From assembly GCA_963799845.1 (NCBI GenBank), contig CAWCYI010000006.1:480001-544000 (forward strand): a DNA stretch of 64,000 nt. Reading direction: 5' to 3'. Made by a program: the position numbers and the translations under genes. The DNA is from an uncultured Nitrososphaerota archaeon (GTDB lineage: Archaea; Thermoproteota; Nitrososphaeria; Nitrososphaerales; CADDZS01). Under the pieces are notes generated by a model. That model was not told the DNA's origin, made no database searches, and was given only the letters and a program-made list of their open reading frames with translations. Shown here piece by piece: positions 10,050-19,888 of this stretch. How positions within the stretch are numbered: position 1 is the first letter of the stretch; each line of letters opens with the position of its first letter.

Positions 10050-10443
10050 GTGAGTGCTCAAGCGCAGCTCGAGGTTATTAGAAAGATGGTTGGGCAACTA
10101 AATTCGAAACGTCCGAAGTGCAAGGAAGTTGGAGCGAGCTATGATTTCCGTGGTCGTGAAGGTGTGGTCAAGATAAAGTACAAGGGCACAACGCATTTCC
10201 CCGTAGATGACCTACGAGTATCTCGAGGGACCGTTTGCGGGTTCGAAGCTCTTTCAATACTACATCCCGAAAGGTGACAAGACGGAGGTCGTGATGGTGG
10301 GCAACCTCGTCTCTCCGAACCTACCCGATGACAAGCTCAAGGCACTCTACGATGATTATGTGCAGGTTGTCTTCGACGAAGATAACGTCTCCAGAATCGT
10401 ATATGGTATACTCAGATATGTGCGAGATGTTCAGTTATCGTAA
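10050..10443 (+). pseudogene. Frameshifted/truncated hypothetical protein (SRPBCC-like)
   Basis: Two overlapping ORFs; MTYEYLEGPFAGSK motif; the 3' end runs into the duplicated block at 10416. Confidence 0.45.
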
Positions 10444-10839
10444 GGGTTTTGACCAACAATTGATTTCGTCTGCCCTAACATGAGGAAATGTTTTGGAGGG
10501 GCCCAGGTTTTGGGTAAATATAATATCGGTGCCAGGCATAAACTCTGGATCTAAATTTCCCTCCAAAGAGGAAAGTTAAAGAAATTTGAGTTCAAGGTAG
10601 TTTGAAGTTCGTTATACTTGAGGAAAGGTAATTCGCAGCCGATTTGACCAGTTCAGAAAGCACTTGATGACTCCAAAGGCTTACTCAGTTATCATTTTTA
10701 GCATGTCGGATCCAACCTCAAGAAGGCTTGACAATAGCGTAAGGCCGTTTATGCTATTCCATTCCTGTTTTTCTCTGATTTAATGTGATTTTTTGCGTTG
10801 CAGGGAACATGACTTTCTACACGAATGATCGGTTGAACA

Positions 10840-10984
10840 AATCATTCGATTTTGACCAACATTGCGAATTGGGTGCCCTAATTTGATTAAAAAACCACTT
10901 TGGGGATTACGTGTTTGGGAGAATTCATGCTTTAGCCCAAACCCCTCATTCATCAAATTAGGCGGTTTCCCCAAAGATTACGAT
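10840..10984 (-). ncRNA. Candidate structured 3' element, copy B
   Basis: Outer stem CCTAATTTGAT/ATCAAATTAGG is perfect in this copy. Confidence 0.4.
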
Positions 10985-11287
10985 TTATGCCAACGGTGCG
11001 ATCAATTGAGGAGATTCTAGTTGCCTTCTAACATTTGCATAGGTATCTAGAACTCGGGCACCTTTCTGGGTGAGTGTGTAGTTCTTTCTGCCCTCCGCAT
11101 CGCTCGAGCTGACCAGTCCCTGCTCTTCGAGAGCCTTTACGAAATTCCGCATAGGTGCCCATGAAAGGTTTGATTGGTACATGATGTGTGTTGGCCTGCT
11201 AGCTCCTTCCGAAATCGCCTGGAGGATATCGATCTTGACATCTAGCTTGGATCTTCTTGGACCCGCTGTTGTTATTGATGTAGTCAT
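10985..11287 (-). CDS. Winged helix-turn-helix transcriptional regulator, paralog B
   Basis: About 70% identical to 9185-9484 by manual alignment. Confidence 0.85.
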   Translation of the reverse strand: MTTSITTAGPRRSKLDVKIDILQAISEGASRPTHIMYQSNLSWAPMRNFVKALEEQGLVSSSDAEGRKNYTLTQKGARVLDTYANVRRQLESPQLIAPLA

Positions 11288-11467
11288 TGTATTTCATAGA
11301 TATGTAATAGGTATGTCGTACTATATACATCTATGTCGAAGATTCCCTGAGGATTTCCATTTGATCCGTCCAGGGGAAGTTAACAAGATCGCAACATATC
11401 GGATTACGAGCAAACGCCTAAATTTATTTCCAAAAATCATCAGAAATCTACAAGGAAAGCAAACGAC

Positions 11468-11630
11468 TTGTCTCATCATGTAATCCTAGGTTGCAGGATC
11501 GGCGCATTCGATTTCCTGAATTGGGGAGACATTGAACCAATTGAGAAAAATAGCGTTCTTCTCGCGGCAAAAGATCACGATTTACAGAGGAACGAACGAG
11601 GAATACTGTTCTTTCATAACCCCGTTGCCC
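11468..11630 (+). pseudogene. Tyrosine integrase fragment
   Basis: LGCRIGAFDFLNWGDIEPI resembles the box I (catalytic Arg) region of thaumarchaeal integrases; the rest is missing. Confidence 0.55.
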
Positions 11631-11933
11631 TAGTCTCAGTCTGGATCCTCACGCTTTGCGGCTCTTACTTCTATAGTCCCATCCATCGACTCGTAAGTAA
11701 TGACCTGACCCTTTGGTAATCCAAGAATCGGCTCGAATGACATACTCGTCACTTTGAGAAGATAGATCCCTTATTCTCTCTTCTAGTTGTTTTTTTGTGG
11801 CAAATGAAGGACGTGCCTCAGACACGGACAACGTTGAACGATGGATTTATTGTTGGATATTTTTCTAATGCCATATCGATCTAACGATAGGGCGTTCTAC
11901 ATGTCATACGTGGATGCAGCGGTGGCGCATGCA

Positions 11934-11950
11934 CGTCAATGATATTGACG
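11934..11950. promoter_or_regulatory. Perfect palindrome upstream of the Lrp pair
   Basis: CGTCAAT-GAT-ATTGACG. Confidence 0.35.
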
Positions 11951-12142
11951 GGGTAAAGGCGCAAAAAGGCGCATCTCCCTTTACCACAATCCGAAGTATC
12001 GCAAGACGTTGATGCCATCGCCATTAACGCAAACGACTTGTCCGACGGTCTGAAACGAGGAATGTCACTTTATATAGCATAGAAAACTGTTATAGGCAGT
12101 TATTTACCTATCCCTCCCCAACTATAACTGCTGAACCTGGCG

Positions 12143-12604
12143 ATGTATTCGCAACTGTCGGATTTGGACAGGAAGATGCTAAGGCTACTTCTGGATTCTG
12201 AGGGGAGCATGCCGACTCATGAAATGTCTATGCAGCTCGGTATTCCCTTGAGCACCGTCCAAAGAAGAAGGAAGAGATTAGAGGAAGAATATCTCATCAA
12301 GCATTATTCGTTAGATCCGATGAAATTTGGATATAGACGGATCGACCTCTTAATTTACACTCAAGGTGGCGAGACGATGAACATTGGAAAAGAATTGTTG
12401 GAGCGTGAAGAGGTAACCTACGCTGCAAGAACCATCGGAGAACATACTATAGACTTGCGCGTCGAAGTATTTGTAAAGGACAACGGTATTTTGCTCAATC
12501 TCCTTGAAGACGTAAAGGCCATGAAGGGAGTGAGAGACGTAGTCTGGACTGAAGTGATAGAGACTATCGGACGAAAGAATCCTCCAAATCACTTCGTTCT
12601 GTAA
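12143..12604 (+). CDS. Lrp/AsnC family transcriptional regulator, paralog 1
   Basis: LSDLDRKML...LGIPLSTVQRRRKRLEE HTH plus RAM domain. Confidence 0.9.
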   Translation: MYSQLSDLDRKMLRLLLDSEGSMPTHEMSMQLGIPLSTVQRRRKRLEEEYLIKHYSLDPMKFGYRRIDLLIYTQGGETMNIGKELLEREEVTYAARTIGEHTIDLRVEVFVKDNGILLNLLEDVKAMKGVRDVVWTEVIETIGRKNPPNHFVL

Positions 12605-12722
12605 TTAGTTTACTTTGAAAATTCGATCCTAAATTCTTTCACCCGAAACGCCTTCTCGTTCCTCTGATAACGAAACAGAATCCCAAATATTTATCTTGGG
12701 CATTTTTTGATTTTATGCCAAA

Positions 12723-13184
12723 ATGCTTTCTCAGCTTTCAGAAGCTGACAGGGAGATGCTACTTCTTCTTCTGGATTCTGAGGGAGGGGTGTCCTCTATT
12801 GAATTATCCCGTCAGCTCAAAGTCTCGATAGGTTCTATCCGAGAACAACGAAAGAGATTGGAAGAAACTTGTCTCATCAAAGATTATTCGTTAGATCCAA
12901 CGAAGTTTGGGTGGAGACGAATTGATCTTCTCATCTATACTGAAGGTAGAGAGACAATGAGCATAGGGAAAGCGCTACTGAAACGCAAAGAGGTTACATC
13001 TGTTACCAGAATGATTGGAGAACACACAATCGACTTGAGGGTTGAAGTATTCGTCAGAGATAATGGCGAACTGCTCAATCTCATCGAGAAAATAAAGACT
13101 ATGATAGGCGTGAGAGACGTAGTCTGGACTGAAGTAGTAGAGACCGTAGGAAGGAAAAATTGGCCGAATCGCATTTTAGTTTAG
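12723..13184 (+). CDS. Lrp/AsnC family transcriptional regulator, paralog 2
   Basis: Tandem paralog of the same length with a diverged HTH helix. Confidence 0.9.
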   Translation: MLSQLSEADREMLLLLLDSEGGVSSIELSRQLKVSIGSIREQRKRLEETCLIKDYSLDPTKFGWRRIDLLIYTEGRETMSIGKALLKRKEVTSVTRMIGEHTIDLRVEVFVRDNGELLNLIEKIKTMIGVRDVVWTEVVETVGRKNWPNRILV

Positions 13185-13669
13185 GCTATACCTAGATCAG
13201 ATCGAAGTTAGGGCACCAAATAGACATTTTTGGTATAAATCCAATGATTTTCTTGGCCAATGTCTTATATCAAGGTCATCTCCATTTTAACGCAAAAAAC
13301 TGTACCAGTGATGAACTGGAATGGAACCCGAAAAGGAGAAGAACTAGGCAATGGCAATCTATATACCAAAATCAAACAACTGCTCAAAGATGAGACCTTG
13401 GTTGGATAATACTTCACTTTCAATTGCTCCTGATGACTAATTTAGTTGGATTAGGCACTGTTTGTTGCATTTTGTAGTAAGCTCGCTGCTGAGAAATGTC
13501 GGGTCGCGTTTTATATGAATCCTAGATACATAGACGCCCTAAGTATTCAGCAGATAAACCACATATTGGATTTACTCTTCTGCTACTGTCTCTTAATTCA
13601 TAATTGATTTAATCTGCATAGTATTTCATATACTCAAGGAAAATCGAGAATTGCCATCTGATACAACTT

Positions 13670-14728
13670 ATGATGTTGATACAGCAGCAAGAATGGACGA
13701 AATGGTGGAAAACGAAAAGATTGCAGCTGATAGTGCGATCTGCAAGACCCCAAGTCTCGGTTATCGGAGTCGGCGGCGCAGGCTGCAACATCGTCTCCTG
13801 GGTCAAGCAGAAGAAGGGCGGCATAGCCGGCACGAAATTGATTGCGGCAAATACTGATGCGACGCACCTCAGCATAATCAAAGCAGATCGGAGGATCCTG
13901 CTCGGGGAGAAGACAACTCGAGGAATGGGAGCAGGAGGATATGCGGAGAGAGGCGTAGCAGCTGCTAGAGAATCAATCGAGCAGGTCAAGAAAGACACTG
14001 CTGGATCAAACATAATTTACATCGCAGCCGGACTTGGAGGAGGAACCGGTACCGGAGCTTCGTGGGTTATTGCGGACGCTCTTCGACCAACGGGCGCTCT
14101 GATAATTGGAGTAGTTACTCTTCCCTTTGCAGTTGAAAGGTTCAGGTTCCAGAGCTCAAAGGACGGACTTCATAAGTTGAAAGGTTACTGCGACACTGTC
14201 GTTGTCATCGACAACAACCGACTAGCTAAAGTTGCAGGTGATCTTCCATTGAAGGAAGCGCTCGGAGTTGCAAACGAGCTTGTCGGCGAATTTGTCAAAG
14301 GAATCACCGAGACAATTACAACCGCGAGTTTGATCAACATCGACTTTGCGGACTTAAGGGCGATCATGGAGAAGCGAGGAATCGCAGCGATTGGAGTTGG
14401 CGAGTCTACTGGCGAATCGAGAGTAGAGAGAGCCGTTCAGATGGCGCTCGATGCTCAGCTGCTCGATATCAAGGATGCGACTAAGGCCTTTGGTGTGCTG
14501 ATCCACGTTTCTGGTGGTGACGACATCACTCTGGACGAAGTTACCCAGGCAGGAGAGATGGTCACGAGATCTCTTCCAGCAAAGGCGCAAGTCGTCTGGG
14601 GAGCGAGAGTTGACCCCACGCTGCAGGGAAAGGTCAGGGTCATGGTAGTTCTCACCGGAATTGAGAGCACGTTTGATACGGAAAAAACTAACTCCATATC
14701 CCGGATGATCAGATCAAGATCCAAGTAA
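13670..14728 (+). CDS. ftsZ: Cell division GTPase FtsZ (N-terminus probably in another frame, from 13651)
   Basis: VIGVGGAGCN, NTD, GLGGGTGTG, NIDFADL, VVWGARVD motifs. Confidence 0.95.
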   Translation: MMLIQQQEWTKWWKTKRLQLIVRSARPQVSVIGVGGAGCNIVSWVKQKKGGIAGTKLIAANTDATHLSIIKADRRILLGEKTTRGMGAGGYAERGVAAARESIEQVKKDTAGSNIIYIAAGLGGGTGTGASWVIADALRPTGALIIGVVTLPFAVERFRFQSSKDGLHKLKGYCDTVVVIDNNRLAKVAGDLPLKEALGVANELVGEFVKGITETITTASLINIDFADLRAIMEKRGIAAIGVGESTGESRVERAVQMALDAQLLDIKDATKAFGVLIHVSGGDDITLDEVTQAGEMVTRSLPAKAQVVWGARVDPTLQGKVRVMVVLTGIESTFDTEKTNSISRMIRSRSK

Positions 14729-14845
14729 TCTGATATCGGAAGCACGCGTCATTTCTCGGGGCGAAAAATAGAAAATCCCTTTTATTTTTCCAGAATTGGG
14801 ATATTCGGCCCAAACAAAGCAAGAGAATCTAAAGTAAGAAGACGA

Positions 14846-15193
14846 TTGGCGCATGAGCTGGGAATCTGTTCATTCTGCCTTAAGCAGAAAAACAATCGAA
14901 AGATAATATGTTGCTCTGAAGAATGCTATAGACAATTCAGAAATAACTTTTCCTTTTGGATAAAATCTCGGCAAGATTTGAGGGATAATGCATTACAGAG
15001 AGATGGATACAAATGCAAAAAGTGCGGTAAAAAAGCAACCGATATAGATCATATTATAGAAATCATAGATGGCGGCCCAGAATTTGAACTAGATAATTTA
15101 CAGTCGCAATGCGAGGATTGCCATAAGAAAAAGACGCGGGAGAGCTGGAAGATAAGAGCAAATAGCGGGGCTAATCTAACCGAGCGAAACTAA
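14846..15193 (+). CDS. HNH endonuclease
   Basis: RDGYKCKKCG...DHIIEIIDGG...NLQSQCEDCHKKKT. Confidence 0.9.
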   Translation: MAHELGICSFCLKQKNNRKIICCSEECYRQFRNNFSFWIKSRQDLRDNALQRDGYKCKKCGKKATDIDHIIEIIDGGPEFELDNLQSQCEDCHKKKTRESWKIRANSGANLTERN

Positions 15194-15206
15194 GGGAAAT
15201 TTCCCG

Positions 15207-15515
15207 TTATCGAGATGAACGAAACCGAAATTTGCTTCCGTAAATGACTCGGAACCGCAACAAATGAAACCATTCGCTCGTTCTGATTTCACTCCGATCA
15301 GTTTCAGAACTTCCCTTAGAAATGAAACCATCAGCAAAATGGGCAACTGAGAAACTTGGAAGTTTGTGAATCTCTTCGATTAGTTCTTGACGAGACTTAG
15401 CAAGGTGAGAAACGATTCGAATTAATCCTTCGTCCGAGGAGAGCTGATCGCATAGATCATGCAACGATTCTTCGTATTCGTCTAGCGGATTCTTCGATGT
15501 TTCTTTGACGGTCAA
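15207..15515 (-). CDS. Hypothetical protein
   Basis: ORF with plausible composition; no recognisable motif. Confidence 0.35.
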   Translation of the reverse strand: MTVKETSKNPLDEYEESLHDLCDQLSSDEGLIRIVSHLAKSRQELIEEIHKLPSFSVAHFADGFISKGSSETDRSEIRTSEWFHLLRFRVIYGSKFRFRSSR

Positions 15516-15664
15516 TTTGCTTCAATCTCTTCAATATCTGCTTCTTTCGTCTCTGCAATTCTACTAGCTCATACTTTTGAAGCCCCATCTTCTTGGCTAT
15601 TGTTTTACGGATCTTCAGATAGAACCTTCTACGGCCTGAATATTTCTACGATTGATTTCTGCAT
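15512..15664 (-). pseudogene. Degenerate AbrB/MazE-like small DNA-binding protein
   Basis: FYLKIRKTIAKKMGLQKYELVEL on the minus strand, out of frame with ATG 15664. Confidence 0.35.
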
Positions 15665-16136
15665 GTCGATCATCAAGAGAACGATGGACGTCGATATTGC
15701 TTCGTACCTGAATAAACCGGAGCACGCCCTCAGGGCCAGAACTTGACTCCTGTAAAGCCGACGTGAAATAGTAAGCCAAATCCATGTCTAACAAAAGCGA
15801 TGGGATAAACTTCCTCCTCCGAGCGGTCCGCTCGAACTACCGGGATAGCAGATCCTCCCGATTTGAGAGATCTGTATTCACTGAAAGCTTCGCCGAGTAG
15901 ATCGCATCTCCAGTACACCTCACCAGACGGATTTTGACGCAGGGTATGTATAAGAACCGGCGACCGCATCCTTCGATTGCTTCAGAGTTGAACTGACTGG
16001 GTTCTGGTTAAATTCAAAGATGGGAGGAAATCGACCAATTCGTGATTGATTTGGGTCAAATCAAACTATTCATTTTGAATCCAAGAAATGACCTCAGGTG
16101 GCTTTGAAATCCCAGAGATTTGGACTTGAATTGGCT

Positions 16137-16174
16137 TTTACTAGTAAATACGTGTCCGAATCCCCTACCTCGCA
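16137..16174 (+). repeat. 28-bp repeated site, copy 3
   Basis: TTTACTAGTAA-ATACGT-GTCCGAATCCC-CTACCTCGCA. Confidence 0.8.
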
Positions 16175-18166
16175 TATTTACCTCTCAGGAAAATCTCTGG
16201 GAGCTTTCTCCTAAACTGCTCAGGATTGTCCTCCGGCATTTGAAGTGCTAGCTTTGCTACCAATGACCTAAACCTCGGCTCCCCATGAAAGGAAGCAAAT
16301 CCCGGGTCTATGTTGAGAAGCGGATCCCCGATCACGGTATGCTCCTCATAAGATTTTTCCAACCAATCGAGAGCTTCAGCATTTTTGCCAATGGCAGCAA
16401 ATACCTGTGCCAGGAAGAGTCCATTTATGTCCCGCTTTGCACGCATCTCCAACAATTCATCTAGGATTTTCGAAGCATCCTGGCTTCTACCGGCCTTTGC
16501 GTACGCGAACCCCAAATTCGAAAGACAGAAAGGGGAACGACCAGAAAGTTCTGTCGCTCTTTCAAGACTTCTTACTCCCTCATCAAACCTTCCCAAGAAA
16601 ACTTGAGAAAGGCCAATGTCGCTGTGAATGAAAGGAAAATCAGGATCCATTTCGAGCGCTTTCTCATATTCAGATATTGCCAGCTCGTTTAGCCCACAGA
16701 GCGACAATGCAGTCCCCACATGTGCCCTTGAAGCAGGGGATAAAGGATTCAGTTCCGCACCCTTACGCGCTTCGTCAATCGCATCTTCATGATGACCAAA
16801 GTTGGCCAGAAAAAGGGCGTAATAAGTATGGGCTTCAGAATAGCTGGGGTTTAGCTCCAAAGCTCGAGTGAGTTCTGCTCTTGAAGTCTCCCAGTGAGCA
16901 TCGAAAAATGCTACTCGGCCCATGGCGAAATGGGCTTCGGGGATTGTATCGTCAAGCTTCAAAGCTCTGAGGGCTAATTCCTTAGCTTTTGGATAAGCCT
17001 CTCTAGGAGGCTCGAAACCAAAGTATCCCAATCCACAGTAACAGTAAGCAAGCCGCGCAATTGCGGCGGCATACTCTGGGTCTAGGTCGATTGCCTTTTG
17101 AAAGAGTTCCTCAGCCTTTCTGTAATCTGGTCCGTTATACTTTTGTAAAAAGTACAGCCCTCGAACATAGAAGACGTAGGCTTCCGGATTCGTAGTGGAC
17201 CTTTTTCCAAGCAGCTTCCTATCTGAATCCAACAGTTTGAGCTTCAGGGCGTCTGCGACATTTTCTGCCACACCCTTCTGAATCGAAAATACATCTTCCA
17301 TCTCTCGGTCATAGCTCTCCGACCAGAGATGTTGATCGGTTGTTGTATCAATTAATTGGGTGGTTATTCTTAGTCTTGTTCCGGATTTTCTCACGCTCCC
17401 CTCGAGGATTTTCGCAACCCCCAGCTCTCGTCCGATCTCCCTCGCATCCTTGTTCGTATTTCTGTATTTCATCGCAGACGTACGGGAGATAACGATGAGC
17501 GAAGGAATTTTTGAAATGGTCGAGATGACTTCTTCGGTCATGCCGTCGGCGAAGTAAGCATCATTGGGATCGGGACTCATATTGACGAATGGAAGGACCG
17601 CTAGCCTGTTGGGTTCTGTTCCTCAGCTCCCGGCTCTTCTCCCAAGGCAACTGAACTTTGTAAATTTCCAATGGAGAGGCCACGTTCTTCAGCGACTTTG
17701 CTCCAAGACTTACGAGCGGGAGCTCGATCTTGTTTTGTACCTGGTCGTAGACTTGACGGGTCAAAGAAATACCGTCAATATCCGCAAGGGATTGAACTCT
17801 GGAGGCAATGTTGACAGCATCACCAAAAATATCTCCGTTGCTTGATTCGACAATGTCTCCCAGGTGGATTCCCACTCTAAGATGGATTTGTTTTTCGACC
17901 GACAAACCGATGTTAAACTCCCTGGCGGCTCTCTGAATGTCGTAGGAGCACCTCGTAGCATCCAGCGCGTTCGGAAAATCCACCAAAAATGAGTCTCCTA
18001 TCATCTTTACCACGTTCCCTTTGTGTCTCTGAAAAATGGGGCGTAGCAGTTTGTCATGCTCTTCAAGCAGAACTAGCGAGAGCGACTCGTTTCTCTGCCC
18101 CATCGCCGTGAAACCGACAATATCGGTAAACATTATGGCCGCAAGCCGACGCTGTCCCTGAGACAA
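16165..18166 (-). pseudogene. Class III adenylate/guanylate cyclase + TolB-like + TPR protein, split by a frameshift near 17610-17640
   Basis: RRLAAIMFTDIVG...GDAVNIASR, then in another frame NRLAVLPFVNMSPD...YFADGMTEE and TPR repeats. Confidence 0.85.
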
Positions 18167-18262
18167 GATTCTCTATTCATCTCGATGCTTGATTGATAAA
18201 TCCGTTGCGGGATTGTCGACAGCCCAGCTCGCCGTATTACGCTAAACCGTGTGAGGGTGTCG

Positions 18263-18347
18263 TCCCGATCCTTACCTACATTGAAACAACTAGGAAAGGG
18301 AGCAGAGACGGGGGTCTCACATTCTTTATTTCAATGGAGGTTCGGGA
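18263..18347. other. Long imperfect hairpin at the island/core boundary
   Basis: TCCCGA/TCGGGA, ACCT/AGGT, CATTGAAA/TTTCAATG and GAGAC/GTCTC nested stems. Confidence 0.5.
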
Positions 18348-18564
18348 GGCCGCGATGTGGTTCTTTATGTAGGAATTCCCATTGATTCATTAAGAAAAGA
18401 ATTTTCTACGTTTCTACACATGTGAGCACTTTTTGGCCGAAGAGCTGCGTCCAAGCTCTGTTCAATTGAAACAGCTTGTTTCACCTGTCCGGAGCTTAAA
18501 CAGAGTTCGAAACGCCGAGTTCGATTTTTTCATTTGAAAATGATTGATTAGATCCGATTGAAGA

Positions 18565-19191
18565 TCAGGCGATGGGCTGGGAAGCTTGCTTCTCGACTGT
18601 CTGAGCTTTCGACACGAGTCCCTGCTTTGCGACCTGCTTTCTCTGCTGATCGGGATCATGGCTGAGCCCAAAATAATCTGCGAACGCATCGGTCGTCGTG
18701 AAAACTCTCGACCTCCCTCTTCTTTCATACTTCAGAAAGCCGACTTCGCTCAGCTCCTTCAGATGGGAGTACGCCTGCGATCCCCGCCGCTGAACCAGTT
18801 CGTGCGCACTTACCGGCTGCAGGTACACTATGTAAGAAAGTGTCCTCAGCGTTGACGTGGACAGGAGAGCCTTTGTCGCAAATCGCTTAGCAATCGAGTT
18901 GTATATTGGCTTCAGCTGTAGGGAGTACATCGGCCCCTCGATCTCCTTGAGCTCGATGGAGACGAATGTGGAATTGATTTTGCCAGCCAGCTCTCGCATG
19001 ATTTCATTCAGTCTTCTCTTCGAAACAATCCTTGAGACCCGGGAGAGTTCGTCGAGAGTAAGTGGCCGGCCGGACGCGTAGAGAGCCACCTCGATTCTCG
19101 CCTGGGCTTCTTTCGAGAGAACTATGGATGAATCTGGCTCGACAGTTGGACTCGACGATACCTCCTCTTCAACACGGGAAACTGAAGCCAT
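18565..19191 (-). CDS. scpB: SMC-Scp complex subunit ScpB
   Basis: IEVALYASGRPL, TLSYIVYLQPV, TTDAFADYFGL; lies downstream of smc/scpA. Confidence 0.9.
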   Translation of the reverse strand: MASVSRVEEEVSSSPTVEPDSSIVLSKEAQARIEVALYASGRPLTLDELSRVSRIVSKRRLNEIMRELAGKINSTFVSIELKEIEGPMYSLQLKPIYNSIAKRFATKALLSTSTLRTLSYIVYLQPVSAHELVQRRGSQAYSHLKELSEVGFLKYERRGRSRVFTTTDAFADYFGLSHDPDQQRKQVAKQGLVSKAQTVEKQASQPIA

Positions 19192-19203
19192 TTTGTTACA
19201 TCC

Positions 19204-19884
19204 CTACACCGTAGTAATCGGGACGCCCGAAATGAGAATGTCCTCGTTCTCTGTTTGCTCGAGCACAATGGTCCCCTCCATCGCAAGAAACAGGAAGAAG
19301 ATGAAAAACTGGGTCTTCTCAAGAGGATCTTTTCCAGCGGAAAAATCAGAAAAGAGAAAGGAGACCTTGACGCGGATTTCGGCGAGAATCCTGATTCTGA
19401 ATTCGTTCACAAGTTCGGAGATCTTGTTGAGAAACTTGTCCGGCTCAAAGGAGTACACCGGTTCGAGAAGCATGTTTGCTCTCTCCTGCTGCTTTCTCCT
19501 TCCGCGAATGATATCTTCGAGGATCGATTCTAGCGTCGAGACGAGATCCTCGATCGACGTCGAATAAATCTCCTGCCTGAATGGCATTTCGAGAATGAGC
19601 GGAACCTCGCCGGAGATGTCGATCCGCTGCATCCTCGCTTCCTTGATCTTGTCCAAGAGAAACAGGGTCTCGACCTTCAACCTGTAGATCAAAGCAGAAG
19701 AGAGCGCGGCGGAACCGCAGAGCCGAAGATCAATAAACTCGCTGCTGGAAATGATGTCCATAAACATCTTCAGCAGCCGTTCGAGATCGACCTCCCACGG
19801 CTTGTTGATCTTGTTACCGTCGGGATTCAGAAGCAGGTTGAGGGGCGGCCTGGACAGCTCGCGCTTTCTCTGTGGATCGGGCAC
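19204..19884 (-). CDS. scpA: Segregation and condensation protein ScpA (kleisin)
   Basis: PWEVDL, SALIYRLKV, FLFLAMEG; operon context. Confidence 0.85.
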   Translation of the reverse strand: MPDPQRKRELSRPPLNLLLNPDGNKINKPWEVDLERLLKMFMDIISSSEFIDLRLCGSAALSSALIYRLKVETLFLLDKIKEARMQRIDISGEVPLILEMPFRQEIYSTSIEDLVSTLESILEDIIRGRRKQQERANMLLEPVYSFEPDKFLNKISELVNEFRIRILAEIRVKVSFLFSDFSAGKDPLEKTQFFIFFLFLAMEGTIVLEQTENEDILISGVPITTV

Positions 19885-19888
19885 TATT

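Larger units (their letters stand above)
10416..11416. repeat. Duplicated segment, copy B
   Basis: Homologous to 8686-9660. Confidence 0.85.
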
